Source: Candidatus Latescibacterota bacterium (lineage in GTDB: Bacteria > Latescibacterota > UBA2968 > UBA8231). From it: 64,000 nt of DNA. The stretch lies in NCBI GenBank assembly GCA_963422735.1, contig OY730476.1, forward strand, positions 2,944,001-3,008,000, given 5' to 3'. Both the position numbers and the translations under genes were made by a program. The first letter of the stretch is position 1. Each line of letters starts with the position of its first letter. The notes below the pieces were generated by a model. That model was not told where the DNA came from. It worked only from the letters and a program-made list of their open reading frames with translations, and ran no database searches. Shown here one piece after another: positions 1-9,850 of this stretch.

Positions 1-1094
1 TCGCCGACCGCGGCGATGGCGCGGCGCGTCTCTTCCTGTACTACCTCGTCGAAAAACGCCTGCGGAAACCCCAACTCCATATCGGCCAAGCACTCTACCT
101 CGGGCAGGCGAGTGCCGAGCCAAGCGCGGACGACCGTCCAACACTGCGCTTCGCTCAACGCCGGATTCCACTCCTGAATCTGCTGCACCCAGCGGGCGAT
201 TGTGCCGTACATCCCGTCAAAGCCTCGGTGCCAGAAGTAGTGCTTGACCAGCAGCAAATCCACGATCTGGCCCCAGGCGTGGAAATCGAGCGCGGTCATG
301 CCGGAAAACACAGCCGAGCGCGGGCCGTTGCCCAAGAGCAGTTGGCGCGGCAACTCGTCGAGGGCTTGGCGGAAGGCGCGGCCTTGGCGGATGCCGTCTT
401 CGCGGCGCCAGCGCAACCAGTAGAGCGCGTCCTCATTGATGTCGAAGAGGTTCATCTCCGAGAGTACGCCGTAGGCACCATAGTAGTCCACTTCGGCGGG
501 CGTGAAGCTCTGGAAGCGCTGGTGCAAATGCTGGCGACCCCGATCCAAGCGTGCGGCGTTGTAGCCCCTAGCCGTTGTTTCTTGGCGCTGGCCTTCACTG
601 AGCGGGCGGAAGACTGCGTTGCCGTGGTGGTATGATAGCTCGTAGGCCGACTCAGTCCAGCCATCAACAATGCCGCCGTCGGTTTCCGGGAAAGCCGCGA
701 AGATGTCCTCCCAAGCCGCAGCGTGTAGCTGAGTACCGTAGGGGTCCTCCGCTAGCGGCAGGCCCTCGGCGGCAATGGTGCCGGAGGCGGGCGCGAAGAT
801 CATCAGGGTCCAACCTCGTTTTTTGGCGTCGGCCAGCATAGCGTGCAGGTGCTTTTCCTTGTCGGGTTGCAGGGGCACGTCGCGCAGTTTGGCTTTGAGG
901 CCGCGCTTTTGGTAGGGCGCTAGATCGCTCTTGAACGCGGGGATGGTACACTGGCCCTGCTCATCGGCAAACAGCAGGCGGCCGAAGACAAGTCCGCGGA
1001 TGCCGCCTTGTTCCCAGGAGTCGAAGATGCGCTCGTAGTCAGACATGACCGCCTCTAAAGGCTGGCCGATGCGGATCCAAGGGGTCAGAGCCAT
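1..1094 (-). CDS. Hypothetical protein, runs off the window start (3' end missing)
   Basis: Not in the ORF track. Manual translation from ATG at 1094: MALTPWIRIGQPLEAVMSDYERIFDSWEQGGIRGLVFGRL...KHYFWHRGFDGMYGT...RRAIAAVG, open to the edge. Family not recognised. Confidence 0.8.
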   Translation of the reverse strand, partial: MALTPWIRIGQPLEAVMSDYERIFDSWEQGGIRGLVFGRLLFADEQGQCTIPAFKSDLAPYQKRGLKAKLRDVPLQPDKEKHLHAMLADAKKRGWTLMIFAPASGTIAAEGLPLAEDPYGTQLHAAAWEDIFAAFPETDGGIVDGWTESAYELSYHHGNAVFRPLSEGQRQETTARGYNAARLDRGRQHLHQRFQSFTPAEVDYYGAYGVLSEMNLFDINEDALYWLRWRREDGIRQGRAFRQALDELPRQLLLGNGPRSAVFSGMTALDFHAWGQIVDLLLVKHYFWHRGFDGMYGTIARWVQQIQEWNPALSEAQCWTVVRAWLGTRLPEVECLADMELGFPQAFFDEVVQEETRRAIAAVG

Positions 1095-1205
1095 GGCGTG
1101 TTCTCCTATCAATGGACAGGGCAATATATCGCGTCGGTGGGGCGGCGTCCATGATCGCCATCAGCTATCCTTGCAGCATTGTAGCTTTTCGGCTACACTT
1201 TTCCC

Positions 1206-1293
1206 ATGTCAGAGGCGGTATCACACGAGCTCGAGGTATATCAGACAGAGAAAGGCCGTTTACTGGCGCGACTACAGAAGAAGATCATTATGA
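1206..1293 (+). pseudogene. Internally deleted RelE/ParE-type (HI1419-like) addiction-module toxin
   Basis: N-terminus MSEAVSHELEVYQTEKGR is joined out of frame to C-terminus KAVYWRDYRRRSL*. The TGA overlaps the antitoxin ATG. Confidence 0.7.
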
Positions 1294-1595
1294 GCAAAGC
1301 ATCTCGCCCGTACAAAGAAGGGCTACTTGAGGATCTCATAAACCCCAGCGAAGCGGCTGCGTATCTGACTGCTGCCCTTGAGGATGGCTCCCCTGATACG
1401 TTCCTCCTTGCGCTGCGCGATGTAGCCGAAGCCCACGGCATGAAGCGGCTCGCAGAGGGTGCTCAGCTTAACCGGGAGTCGATGTATCGAATGCTGTCCG
1501 GCCAGGGCAATCCTCAACTCTTAAGTCTGACTGCCGTTCTTCGCGAGTTGGGCTTACGCCTTGCAGTTGAAGTCGGCGATCCTGTGGCTGCCTAA
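1290..1595 (+). CDS. Addiction module antidote protein (HI1420-like HTH antitoxin)
   Basis: EAAAYLTAALEDG..FLLALRDVAEAHGM..LNRESMYRMLSGQGNP pattern; ATG at 1290. Confidence 0.9.
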   Translation: MSKASRPYKEGLLEDLINPSEAAAYLTAALEDGSPDTFLLALRDVAEAHGMKRLAEGAQLNRESMYRMLSGQGNPQLLSLTAVLRELGLRLAVEVGDPVAA

Positions 1596-1624
1596 ACACC
1601 GAACTGGACAAAGGAGGTGTCCAA

Positions 1625-3373
1625 ATGGACCGCGAAACAATGACCAATGAAGAGAATTACTGTTTCGACGTGGCCGGATATTTACATGTGCCGGGGACGT
1701 TGACTCGGCCGGAGGTCGAGCGGCTCAATAGGGAGATCGACGCCATTGGGGCGACAGAGGGGATGCTGGGTTGGCCGGGGCAGGCGCGGGAGCCATTCCG
1801 CGACCTGTTGGTGCATCCGGCATTGGTGTGGTATCTCAACCAGCTTGTCGGCCAGGGGTTTATCCTCGACCGCGCACCGGAAGTCTGGTGTGAGGAGACC
1901 AGCGACACGACCGCGCCACTGGTCGGCGGCAACGAGCCTCGGGACCCGGCCATTGCGTACTACTTCCAGAACGGGCGGCGCTTCAGCGAGGGGGTGCGGG
2001 TACTGTGGGCACTGGAGGATGTCGAGGAGGGAGACGGTGGCTTTGTGCTGGTACCGTGCAGCCACAAGGGCAATGTGGCAACGCCGGAGGAGGTGGCGAC
2101 AGGGACCGACGATATGGGGCTTACCTTGCAGCCGACGCTCAAAGCGGGGGATTTGCTGATCGTGGGGCTGGCGACTGTGCAGGGGATGAGACCGTGGAAG
2201 GGGAAAGGACGTCAGCGGCTGTTGAGTTGCGAATTTGTGGGGCGCGGCGTGATGCGTAGCGCGGGGACTGGGCCGAAGACCGAAGTGGAGCCACGCCCGG
2301 AATGGCACGCCGAATTGAGCGCCGAGCAGCGGGCCTCGCTCTACAAGCCGGGCTATCAAGCCACGTCGCCGCCGCCGATGATTGCGACCGATGGCAAGGC
2401 GACGCGGACGGAGTCCGGGGTCTTTCACCCATCGCTTTTGCAGGTGGATCCCGATAGCGGCATCGACTACCGGGAGTTTTACTTCTGGGACCTCAACGGC
2501 TATCTGGTCTTGCGCGGGATAATGGACGAGGAGTGGTTGGCCGCGGCCAACGAGGCGGTGGACCGCTTTGAGGACCAGATCGAAGTCGGCGAAGAGCTGG
2601 CGCGAGGGTCCAAAAGCTTGACTGGAACTGGGCGGCCCTTATTACACGGACTGCTGGAACTGCCCCATCCGTATTGCGAATCGTTCCGACGCATGGTCGC
2701 GCATCCAGCGGTCGAACACCGGCTGAATTGGATGGGCGGCAGCGGCGGGCGGATGGGCGGGGCGACGGGTTTTGTCTCGGTCAAGGGGACCAGTGGCCAC
2801 GCGCTGCACGATGCCAACGAGCCGCTCAACCCTAGCCGCGGCTATGTGTACCACAACGGCCGCAGCTATTGCGAGGCAATCACCGTGACCTGGCAGCTCA
2901 GGGATGTGCGGGCGGGCGACGGGGGTTTTGCCTGCGTACCGGGCAGTCACAAGGCCTACTACAAAATGCCCCCCGGCGTGCGGACCTCCGACCGCGATAT
3001 GGGGTTGGTCAAACACGTCGAGATGAAGGCCGGCGACGTGCTGTTCTTCGGCGATGGAGGCACGACCCACGGGGCGTTGGCCTGGAAGAGCAAGATTTCG
3101 CGGCGGGGTATCCTGATCAAGTATTCGTCGCGCAACTTCAACCGCAGCGGCGGCGAGATGGTCCACCCGGAAAATCGCTGGGGCGAATTAGTCGAGGGCA
3201 TGAGCGACGTCCAGTTGGCCGTAATGCGCGGCCCGGACCGCGATGTGTTCAACAATAACGTGCCGCGCCTAGACGTGGCCAATGGCGAGGTGACCGTGTC
3301 GTACGAGCGGGGCTCGTCGCTCTACAGTAAGGAAGCACCGACCGGGCCGTTGGCAAAGGACGAGAAAGGCTGA
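1625..3373 (+). CDS. Tandem two-domain phytanoyl-CoA dioxygenase (PhyH)-family protein
   Basis: Two homologous halves (FDVAGYL/WDLNGYL; DGGFVLVPCSHK/DGGFACVPGSHK; KAGDLL/KAGDVL). RBS AAGGAGG upstream. Confidence 0.85.
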   Translation: MDRETMTNEENYCFDVAGYLHVPGTLTRPEVERLNREIDAIGATEGMLGWPGQAREPFRDLLVHPALVWYLNQLVGQGFILDRAPEVWCEETSDTTAPLVGGNEPRDPAIAYYFQNGRRFSEGVRVLWALEDVEEGDGGFVLVPCSHKGNVATPEEVATGTDDMGLTLQPTLKAGDLLIVGLATVQGMRPWKGKGRQRLLSCEFVGRGVMRSAGTGPKTEVEPRPEWHAELSAEQRASLYKPGYQATSPPPMIATDGKATRTESGVFHPSLLQVDPDSGIDYREFYFWDLNGYLVLRGIMDEEWLAAANEAVDRFEDQIEVGEELARGSKSLTGTGRPLLHGLLELPHPYCESFRRMVAHPAVEHRLNWMGGSGGRMGGATGFVSVKGTSGHALHDANEPLNPSRGYVYHNGRSYCEAITVTWQLRDVRAGDGGFACVPGSHKAYYKMPPGVRTSDRDMGLVKHVEMKAGDVLFFGDGGTTHGALAWKSKISRRGILIKYSSRNFNRSGGEMVHPENRWGELVEGMSDVQLAVMRGPDRDVFNNNVPRLDVANGEVTVSYERGSSLYSKEAPTGPLAKDEKG

Positions 3374-3426
3374 TAGGCCACCTGATCTCCATCTCCATCC
3401 ATCGACACTTGGGAGGCACACACACC

Positions 3427-4419
3427 ATGCGCCTACTTATCCTAATCCTCGGTACGGCCCAGCTAGTCGCCGCTGAAGCACCCGACTGGCGGCGCCCTGT
3501 AGCCACTTATTCCATTGTCGCCCACGACTCCCTCAGCGGACAGCTCGGCGTTGCCGTCCAGTCCCACTGGTTTTCCGTTGGCCCTATCGTTCCTTGGGCC
3601 CGTCCCGGTGTCGGCGCGGTGGCCACTCAATCCCTCGTTGACCCGGCCTACGGTCCCCTCGGCCTAGAGCTGATGGCCATGGGCAAGACAGCTCCGGCAG
3701 CACTCACTGCCCTGCTCGCAGGGGATGCCGACGCCGAGGTGCGGCAAGTGGCCATGGTTGATGCCGCTGGGAACGTGGCTGTCCACACGGGCGAGCGCGC
3801 CATAGTCGCCGCTGGCCACCAGACCGGTGCCCAGTACAGCGTCCAAGCGAACCTGATGGATCAAGACAGCGTGTGGCCAGCTATGGCGCACGCCTACGAG
3901 AATGCCGAAGGCGATTTGGCCGAGCGTCTGCTTGTGGCCTTGGAGGCTGCTGAGGCCGAGGGGGGAGACCTGCGCGGCCGACAGTCGGCGGCTATCCTCG
4001 TGGTTTCCGCCGAAGATACGGGCAGGCCGTGGGTAGATCGCTTGTTCGATCTGCGCGTGGAAGACCACCCCGAGCCGGTGGCGGAACTGCGCCGCTTGGT
4101 GCGTCTGGCGCGGGCCTATCACAAGCTGAATGAGGGAGACGAATGGGTTGCCGCAGGCGACATGGAGGCGGCTATGGATGCCTACCGTGCAGCGACGGAG
4201 TTGGTGCCTGATGAGGCAACGGGCGGAGAGGCTCCCTTCTGGGTGGGTGTGACCTTGGCCTCCGAGGGCCGTGAAGAGGAGGCCGTGCCCTACCTACGAC
4301 GGGCACAGGCGCAGCACGACCGCTGGGCCGACCTATTGCGGCGGCTGCCAGCCTCTGGCCTGCTGCCGGCCGACGATGCGCTCTTGGAGCGTCTCACCGC
4401 CTCCATGATCGGCGAATAG
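3427..4419 (+). CDS. DUF1028 (Ntn-hydrolase-like) protein with C-terminal TPR, signal peptide
   Basis: TYSIVAHD..GVAVQSHWFSVG..GVGAVATQS; GGDLRGRQSAA; DLRVEDHPEP. Confidence 0.9.
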   Translation: MRLLILILGTAQLVAAEAPDWRRPVATYSIVAHDSLSGQLGVAVQSHWFSVGPIVPWARPGVGAVATQSLVDPAYGPLGLELMAMGKTAPAALTALLAGDADAEVRQVAMVDAAGNVAVHTGERAIVAAGHQTGAQYSVQANLMDQDSVWPAMAHAYENAEGDLAERLLVALEAAEAEGGDLRGRQSAAILVVSAEDTGRPWVDRLFDLRVEDHPEPVAELRRLVRLARAYHKLNEGDEWVAAGDMEAAMDAYRAATELVPDEATGGEAPFWVGVTLASEGREEEAVPYLRRAQAQHDRWADLLRRLPASGLLPADDALLERLTASMIGE

Positions 4420-4423
4420 CTGC

Positions 4424-5536
4424 CTAGTCGACGGCAATCGAATGGATCGTGGCCGCGGCCATGGCCTCCCAGTCCACGGCGAGGCCGAGGCCCGGCCCAG
4501 CGGGAGCATAAGCATAGCCATCGGGTTGGGTGCGGATGACATCCTGCATTCCGTATTCATAGGGTTCGCAGGGAACGGACTGCTCAAAATAAGAGCAGTT
4601 GTCGTGGGCCAGCATCAGGTGCAGGTTGGCTGCCGACACTAGGCTGTATCCCCACGACATGATCTCGCATTTCATGCCGGCCGCTTCGGTGAGGGCGATC
4701 GCTTTGTTGGTCTGCGTGATCCCACCCATCATGGCCACATCGGTTCGGGCGCGTCCCCATGCGTTTGAATGAAGGGCTTCGGCAAAGGTATGGAGGTCTT
4801 GGAACCAGTTGCCGGATGGAAGAATGGGAATGGTTACCCGACTCGTCAGCTCTCGGTAGCCGTCGAGATCCGAGTCATGTAGCGGAGCCTCAAACCACGT
4901 AAAGCCCATCGCTTCGAGCGCTTGGGCGACGCGCAGGGCACCGTCGCGGTCGTAGTTGTTCTCGGCGTCGAGCATGAAGGCGACGTCGTTACCGGGGTAC
5001 TGCTTTCGGACGGCACGGGCGAGTTCGAGGTCTAGTTCGGGAATGCACCAAGTGTGGAACTTGATGGCTTTGAAGCCTTGGGCGATGAACTCCTCGGCAT
5101 TCTTCAGATAGGATTCGACATCCTCAAAGAGCGGGGTGCTGGCATAGGCGGGGATCTTGTCTCGCGCTCCGCCCAATAGCCGGTAGAGCGGCATCCCCGC
5201 CATCTTGCCGGCCAAATCCCACAGGGCAATGTCGATGGCAGCCAACGACTGAGGTGGCAGCGGAAAGACGCGCGGCCTGATCTCGTCCCATATATGCTCC
5301 CGCAAGAGCGGGTCCTTGCCTAGCAGGATGGGGGCTAGGTGGCGTATGGATTCGGCGGTGTAGCGCTCAAAGTCATACGAGGTCGCGTTCCAGACGCCAG
5401 CTACGCCCTCGACGCCTTCGTCTGTATAGATTCTGACGACCGTATTGGTCGAGTACTGATCTGGCAGATCGTCCGACCAAGTGAAGCGGTCAACCGGCGG
5501 GGCTACGGTGCGTATTTCGACTTTGGTGATCTTCAT
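4424..5536 (-). CDS. Mandelate racemase/muconate lactonizing enzyme family protein
   Basis: AAIDIALWDLAGK..PLYRLLGG, GFKAIK, WFEAP, PAGPGLG. Confidence 0.9.
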   Translation of the reverse strand: MKITKVEIRTVAPPVDRFTWSDDLPDQYSTNTVVRIYTDEGVEGVAGVWNATSYDFERYTAESIRHLAPILLGKDPLLREHIWDEIRPRVFPLPPQSLAAIDIALWDLAGKMAGMPLYRLLGGARDKIPAYASTPLFEDVESYLKNAEEFIAQGFKAIKFHTWCIPELDLELARAVRKQYPGNDVAFMLDAENNYDRDGALRVAQALEAMGFTWFEAPLHDSDLDGYRELTSRVTIPILPSGNWFQDLHTFAEALHSNAWGRARTDVAMMGGITQTNKAIALTEAAGMKCEIMSWGYSLVSAANLHLMLAHDNCSYFEQSVPCEPYEYGMQDVIRTQPDGYAYAPAGPGLGLAVDWEAMAAATIHSIAVD

Positions 5537-5560
5537 GGAACACCTTTCGTGGAAACGAAT

Positions 5561-7243
5561 TTATAAGGCAGGTTCGGATGCGAGATTCTCAGGGTATATT
5601 TCAATATGCTCTGCGTACTTTCCCCGCAGTTGGCTCAGAAAAGCCTCAAAACGCTCCTCAATACGCTGGCCATTCGCCGATCGCACCATTTTTTCCACGG
5701 CCTGCTGAACCTCAAGATGGGCAAAAGGTAGCAGTCGGGAAGGGCGTTGCTCCAACGTGCGAAACACGATGTATCCCGGCCAGATTTTTTCTCGCGGCTG
5801 GAAATGTACTAGGAAAGGTCCGCCGACCTTTCCTACCGGCGTTTTGCGGACGGCCGCCAGCACTTCCGATATGGTGTGCGGGGAGTGGGCGTGTTGTGTG
5901 TCTTCCTCTCGGTGGATGTGATAAATGTTATAGTGGAACCAAGCGTCGTGAAAGCGTGGATAAGCCTGAGCTAAGGTCCACATGTCGGCCCCTTGGCTCA
6001 CTTTTTCGGCGACGTCGAGTGCATCTGATTCGTGGTGGAGCAGTATGGCTTCATAGATGAGCAGATCGGGATCGGTAAACCAAGCTAGATGCTCCTCGTA
6101 ATAAGCCCGCATAGCAGCCTCGTTGACAATCGGCGCTTCTGCCTCTAGGCGGCGCAACTCTTCGATCATTAGCACCACTCGGCGGTTTTCCAGATAGTGC
6201 TTTATCTCGTCGTCGTCGGCCAGCCCGGCCTGCTGAGCGGCTAGCGGCAGAAGCACTGAATCGACTGCTGTGCGTCTAGCATAACGAGCGATACTCGCGG
6301 TATCTACGGTTACGGGACGCCGCTGGGGTGAGGTTGTTACGAGCCACTTCAGGTACTGCTCAAGCCTGACCTGTCCCCCTTCGTAGAGCATTAGCTGCTC
6401 GGCTGATTGCTCATCCCCGCCAAACTCGGGCAGACCGTGAGAGGCCGTTTTCCCTAGCTTTACTAGCTGTAACGAGGTTTCTTCAACTAGCTGTAAATTG
6501 AACTGCTTTCTGATGTTAGTGCGAAACTCCACCGTTCGCACGGCAAGGCGATCTGCGTAGAGCCGGTCTTTGATCCTCTTTTTTACGGACTCATAGGGCA
6601 GCAGACGCTCGTCCTCCACGCGCACGATGTGGAAGTAGCCCTCTCTGCCTTGGAAGGGTGCAGACAGCTCGCCCGGCTGCATGGAGAAGAGCACCTTGCT
6701 GACGGGGCCGACCATCAATGACTCGTCCCAGTAGCCGAGGTCCCCTCCTTTATCAGCAGTCTGTCGGTCCATGGAAAAGCGACGGGCTAGCTCGGCGAAA
6801 TCTCCACCGTCTAGAAGTGCTTGGTAGAGTGTTTGCGCTTCTGCCGCTGTTTTCACCATGATATGCCGCCCCCGCACCTCGCGCTTAGTGCCCAAGTCGC
6901 TGTCCTCGTAATAGTTTCTGATCTCTTCGTCAGAGACTGTTATACTACTTGTAACCTCTTTTTCGATAAGGCGTTCTACGGCTCGTTGTCGGCGCACATG
7001 CTCCAAGCCGGCCAAGACCCGTGCGCTTTTTTCCAGTTCCCTGTCCTTAGCTTCCAAAAACAGCAATTCGCGATTGATAAGCGTCTCTAGGACATCTTGC
7101 TTTGATTTTTTTTGTTCCTGCGGTAGCTTGTCCCAGACCCGCTCTACCTGCTCGGGCGTGACGGCGCGATCGGCGATCCGCGCTGCTACAGAATGATTCT
7201 CCGCGCATCCCAAGAGGATGCCGTACAAAAGGACTATTATCAC
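5561..7243 (-). CDS. PpiC-type peptidylprolyl isomerase lipoprotein (SurA/PrsA-like)
   Basis: Lipobox LLGC; RHIMV...DFAELARRFSMD..TADKGGDLG; second degenerate rotamase domain. Confidence 0.85.
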   Translation of the reverse strand: MIIVLLYGILLGCAENHSVAARIADRAVTPEQVERVWDKLPQEQKKSKQDVLETLINRELLFLEAKDRELEKSARVLAGLEHVRRQRAVERLIEKEVTSSITVSDEEIRNYYEDSDLGTKREVRGRHIMVKTAAEAQTLYQALLDGGDFAELARRFSMDRQTADKGGDLGYWDESLMVGPVSKVLFSMQPGELSAPFQGREGYFHIVRVEDERLLPYESVKKRIKDRLYADRLAVRTVEFRTNIRKQFNLQLVEETSLQLVKLGKTASHGLPEFGGDEQSAEQLMLYEGGQVRLEQYLKWLVTTSPQRRPVTVDTASIARYARRTAVDSVLLPLAAQQAGLADDDEIKHYLENRRVVLMIEELRRLEAEAPIVNEAAMRAYYEEHLAWFTDPDLLIYEAILLHHESDALDVAEKVSQGADMWTLAQAYPRFHDAWFHYNIYHIHREEDTQHAHSPHTISEVLAAVRKTPVGKVGGPFLVHFQPREKIWPGYIVFRTLEQRPSRLLPFAHLEVQQAVEKMVRSANGQRIEERFEAFLSQLRGKYAEHIEIYPENLASEPAL

Positions 7244-7415
7244 TATAGCTTCTCCATAGTTCAGGAGGGTGAGGACGAGGTAGAAGTTCTTAGAAGCTAT
7301 CTGAAATTCCGGCGGCTGCCCCTTGTGTGCAAAAAAAGGCCTAGGGTCAAGAGCGGCTCGCCCTATGAAAAACGCTCAATACGAAGGCTGCTTGACGAGC
7401 TTGGGGCGGCTCGAC

Positions 7416-7457
7416 AGGGGTTTGTCACGCCTAAGGGCGCGGTAAAGCAGACAGCTT
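7416..7457 (+). repeat. Dispersed hairpin repeat, copy 1
   Basis: AGGGGTTTGTCACGCCTAAGGGCGCGGTAAAGCAGACAGCTT matches copies at 8489, 38110 and 40688. Confidence 0.8.
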
Positions 7458-7459
7458 TT

Positions 7460-7980
7460 TAGTAAGGGGACGGACTTCGGCAAGGGCGCGGATGTGCTCG
7501 GTCGTATCAGTGGGGTCGAGATGTACTACGACGCCAAGGCCATTAGGGTTGGGCACGGCTTGGTGGGCGATGCTGTGACCGCGAACGGAGACGCGTTCGA
7601 CATAGGCGATAGCATCGATGTTCAAGTCGGGGAAGGTACAGGTGAGATAGCGGAGACCCCGGGGGTAGGGGTGGCTGAGGTACCAGAAGCCTCTGGCTTG
7701 GCGGTTGATGTGGGGTGGGGAGACGGCTGCCCATTCGGCACTGTAATCGAGAATGGGGAGGAGGGTGATATCGGCGGCGGTGAGTTGGGCGAATTTTGCG
7801 GCGAGGTCGCCGTGGTACAGGGCGTTGCTCAGGTCGGGTGGAGCCTCGGCAGCAGGCTGGATGCGGCTCCAGCCGAGACCTATCTCGCGCATGACGTCGA
7901 GATAGCTGGGCCAAGCGTGGACCGCGCCGGGGAATTCACTGACGAGGGGACGGGTGCGCTGATCTTGGGTAGTGGGCATG
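7460..7980 (-). pseudogene. Fragment resembling a glycoside-hydrolase TIM barrel
   Basis: DVMREIGLGWSR...AADITLLPILDYSAEWA segment; no coherent start or end. Confidence 0.35.
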
Positions 7981-8488
7981 AGAAGTTTGCGATCTATTGC
8001 ACAGGTTCGAGTTCGAGGAGAACCAGCAGCCCTAAGTACACGACATTGATCTAAGAGGCAGTGCAGCCGCGAGTTAGGTTTATTCGTAATCGCCCAAACC
8101 CTACATACAGGAACTGCACCATGTTTATACATATGCTACAAAAAGCCCTCACGCACCACCCTATCGATCGGATCAGTCGCTTGGTGTGTGCGTTTTTCCA
8201 AATTCGTTGAGTCCGTATGAAAAACTAGCCTGTAGCCTGTCGGGCGTAGCCCAAATGGATAGGCCGGATCGACGCCTACCGCGTTTTTTCAGCAGCGCGG
8301 TCTCGCCGGCCGTGTTTACCCTGCGAGGGGATCGGGGCCACCACCGCTGTTGGTCCTCGATCGTTGGCATTGGAAGCGGGGCCGAACCGATCTGAATCGG
8401 TTGTGTTTAGGCCGGATCGACCCAGGCGTGGCGATGCCCTTGGAATATTCATCGTTGCCAAAGCGAGACCATTCCAACACCGAGGAAC

Positions 8489-8521
8489 GCTTCACCTCGC
8501 CTTTAGGCGGGACAGACCCCT
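8489..8521 (-). repeat. Dispersed hairpin repeat, copy 2 (inverted)
   Basis: Reverse complement reads AGGGGTCTGTCCCGCCTAAAGGCGAGGTGAAGC. Confidence 0.8.
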
Positions 8522-9049
8522 CCCGATCAAGGCGTTGGCCTCTCTCGATCCCGGCGCATGCGGCTTAGTAGCCAATCAAGCATTCATCGGCCGAGACGGG
8601 GGGGCCTTTCTGCTGGAGCAACCCATGGACTTTGTAACTGGCCTACGAGGCCACACCACCCTTGCCCTCGCCGATGGCCGAGCCTTCACCCCGCGCAGCC
8701 TCGGGTCTGTCCTAGCCCAGCCGAGGGCGAGGCCCTCCTGCTAATCACCAACCCAACCAACCGCAAGCAGGGACTCAATCTGTATGGCCAGCGCAGGTCG
8801 TTGAAACGGCGGTTGGGGTTTTCAAGGCCAAAGGACTCCATCTGACCACCCCCAACGCTTGCACCTGATGCGGCCACCGCGGGTCGGCGAGCACCTCCAT
8901 CACAGCAATCCCTTCCAACGCAAAAAACATCGACGACCAGCCATAAGCCTCTGTCGCCGAGGACTGGACCCACTCACGCAGAGCATACACCAAGCACGAC
9001 AGCAACTGAAACACGCCCAGCGATAGAGCCCACGGCGAGGCGGGTATCC

Positions 9050-9285
9050 AAGCGCGGCAGGCTCCAGGGGCTCCGGCCAAGTTGAGTCCCCAGCAGAAGC
9101 CGCGCTTGGAACAAGCCCTGTGTGCGGGGCCCCAAGCCTACGGATTTCCCACGGACTGGTGGACCGGTCGGCGCGTGACGGCCTTGATACAGACGCTGTT
9201 TGAGGTGGGCTATCATGTCGATCCCATCAGTCGGTTGCTGCATGCGTTAGGGTGGACACCCGTTAGCCAACTTCACCCCCTATGA
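9050..9285 (+). mobile_element. IS630-family transposase fragment (winged HTH region)
   Basis: PGAPAKLSPQQKPRLEQALCAGPQAYGFPTDWWTGRRVTALIQTLFEVGYHVDPISRLLHALGWTP; no DDE domain follows. Confidence 0.8.
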
Positions 9286-9299
9286 TGTGGACGCCTTGA

Positions 9300-9850
9300 C
9301 CGACACCACACGCCATCACACCCGATCGGTACTGCGTAAACAACGGCTGCTCCAAGCTTTTATGGCCAACACGCCCCTACCAATACGATTAAATAGGACA
9401 TAAACCGGAATAACAACTTATGGGCTTGACATTCCGATCTCGAATGATGGTAAGGCAATCGCCAAAGTACATCTTGTTGCCACTCATGCGAAGCCCCCCC
9501 CGAGGAAGGCGTCGAAAGCGTTGTGATTGCGAACACTGGTGTCAGATAGATATCTAATCCGGATAGCTTCCGGTACTCCTCGTCATCCGGCAGTTGTGGT
9601 TGTTCTTTCGCTTCACCCATGTTCAAAAAGTCCGCTGTGGTCGACGACCAAAACGACAGCACCGGTCGCTTGCACTGGTGCCGACTAGCACCGAACCGAT
9701 CGTCCTGATTGGATCGGGAATTTCTTCAACGACTTATAACTCTTGGGGGTATCAAGGGGAGCGATTGAATTTGAATACACTACCAATAGACCCGGACCAA
9801 ATGAGCGGGGTGCCCTACTTATCGTCCCCGATGCGGCCCCTTCATTGAGG
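9300..9850 (-). pseudogene. Degraded glycosyltransferase family 2-like gene
   Basis: Frame-broken pieces (YPQEL.VV-like; RNHNAFDAFLGGLRMSG) directly downstream of the CRTAC1 gene. Confidence 0.4.

Noticed and set aside
228-951. Short ORFs listed in the track
   Set aside because: Shadows of the minus-strand gene starting at 1094 that runs off the window edge.
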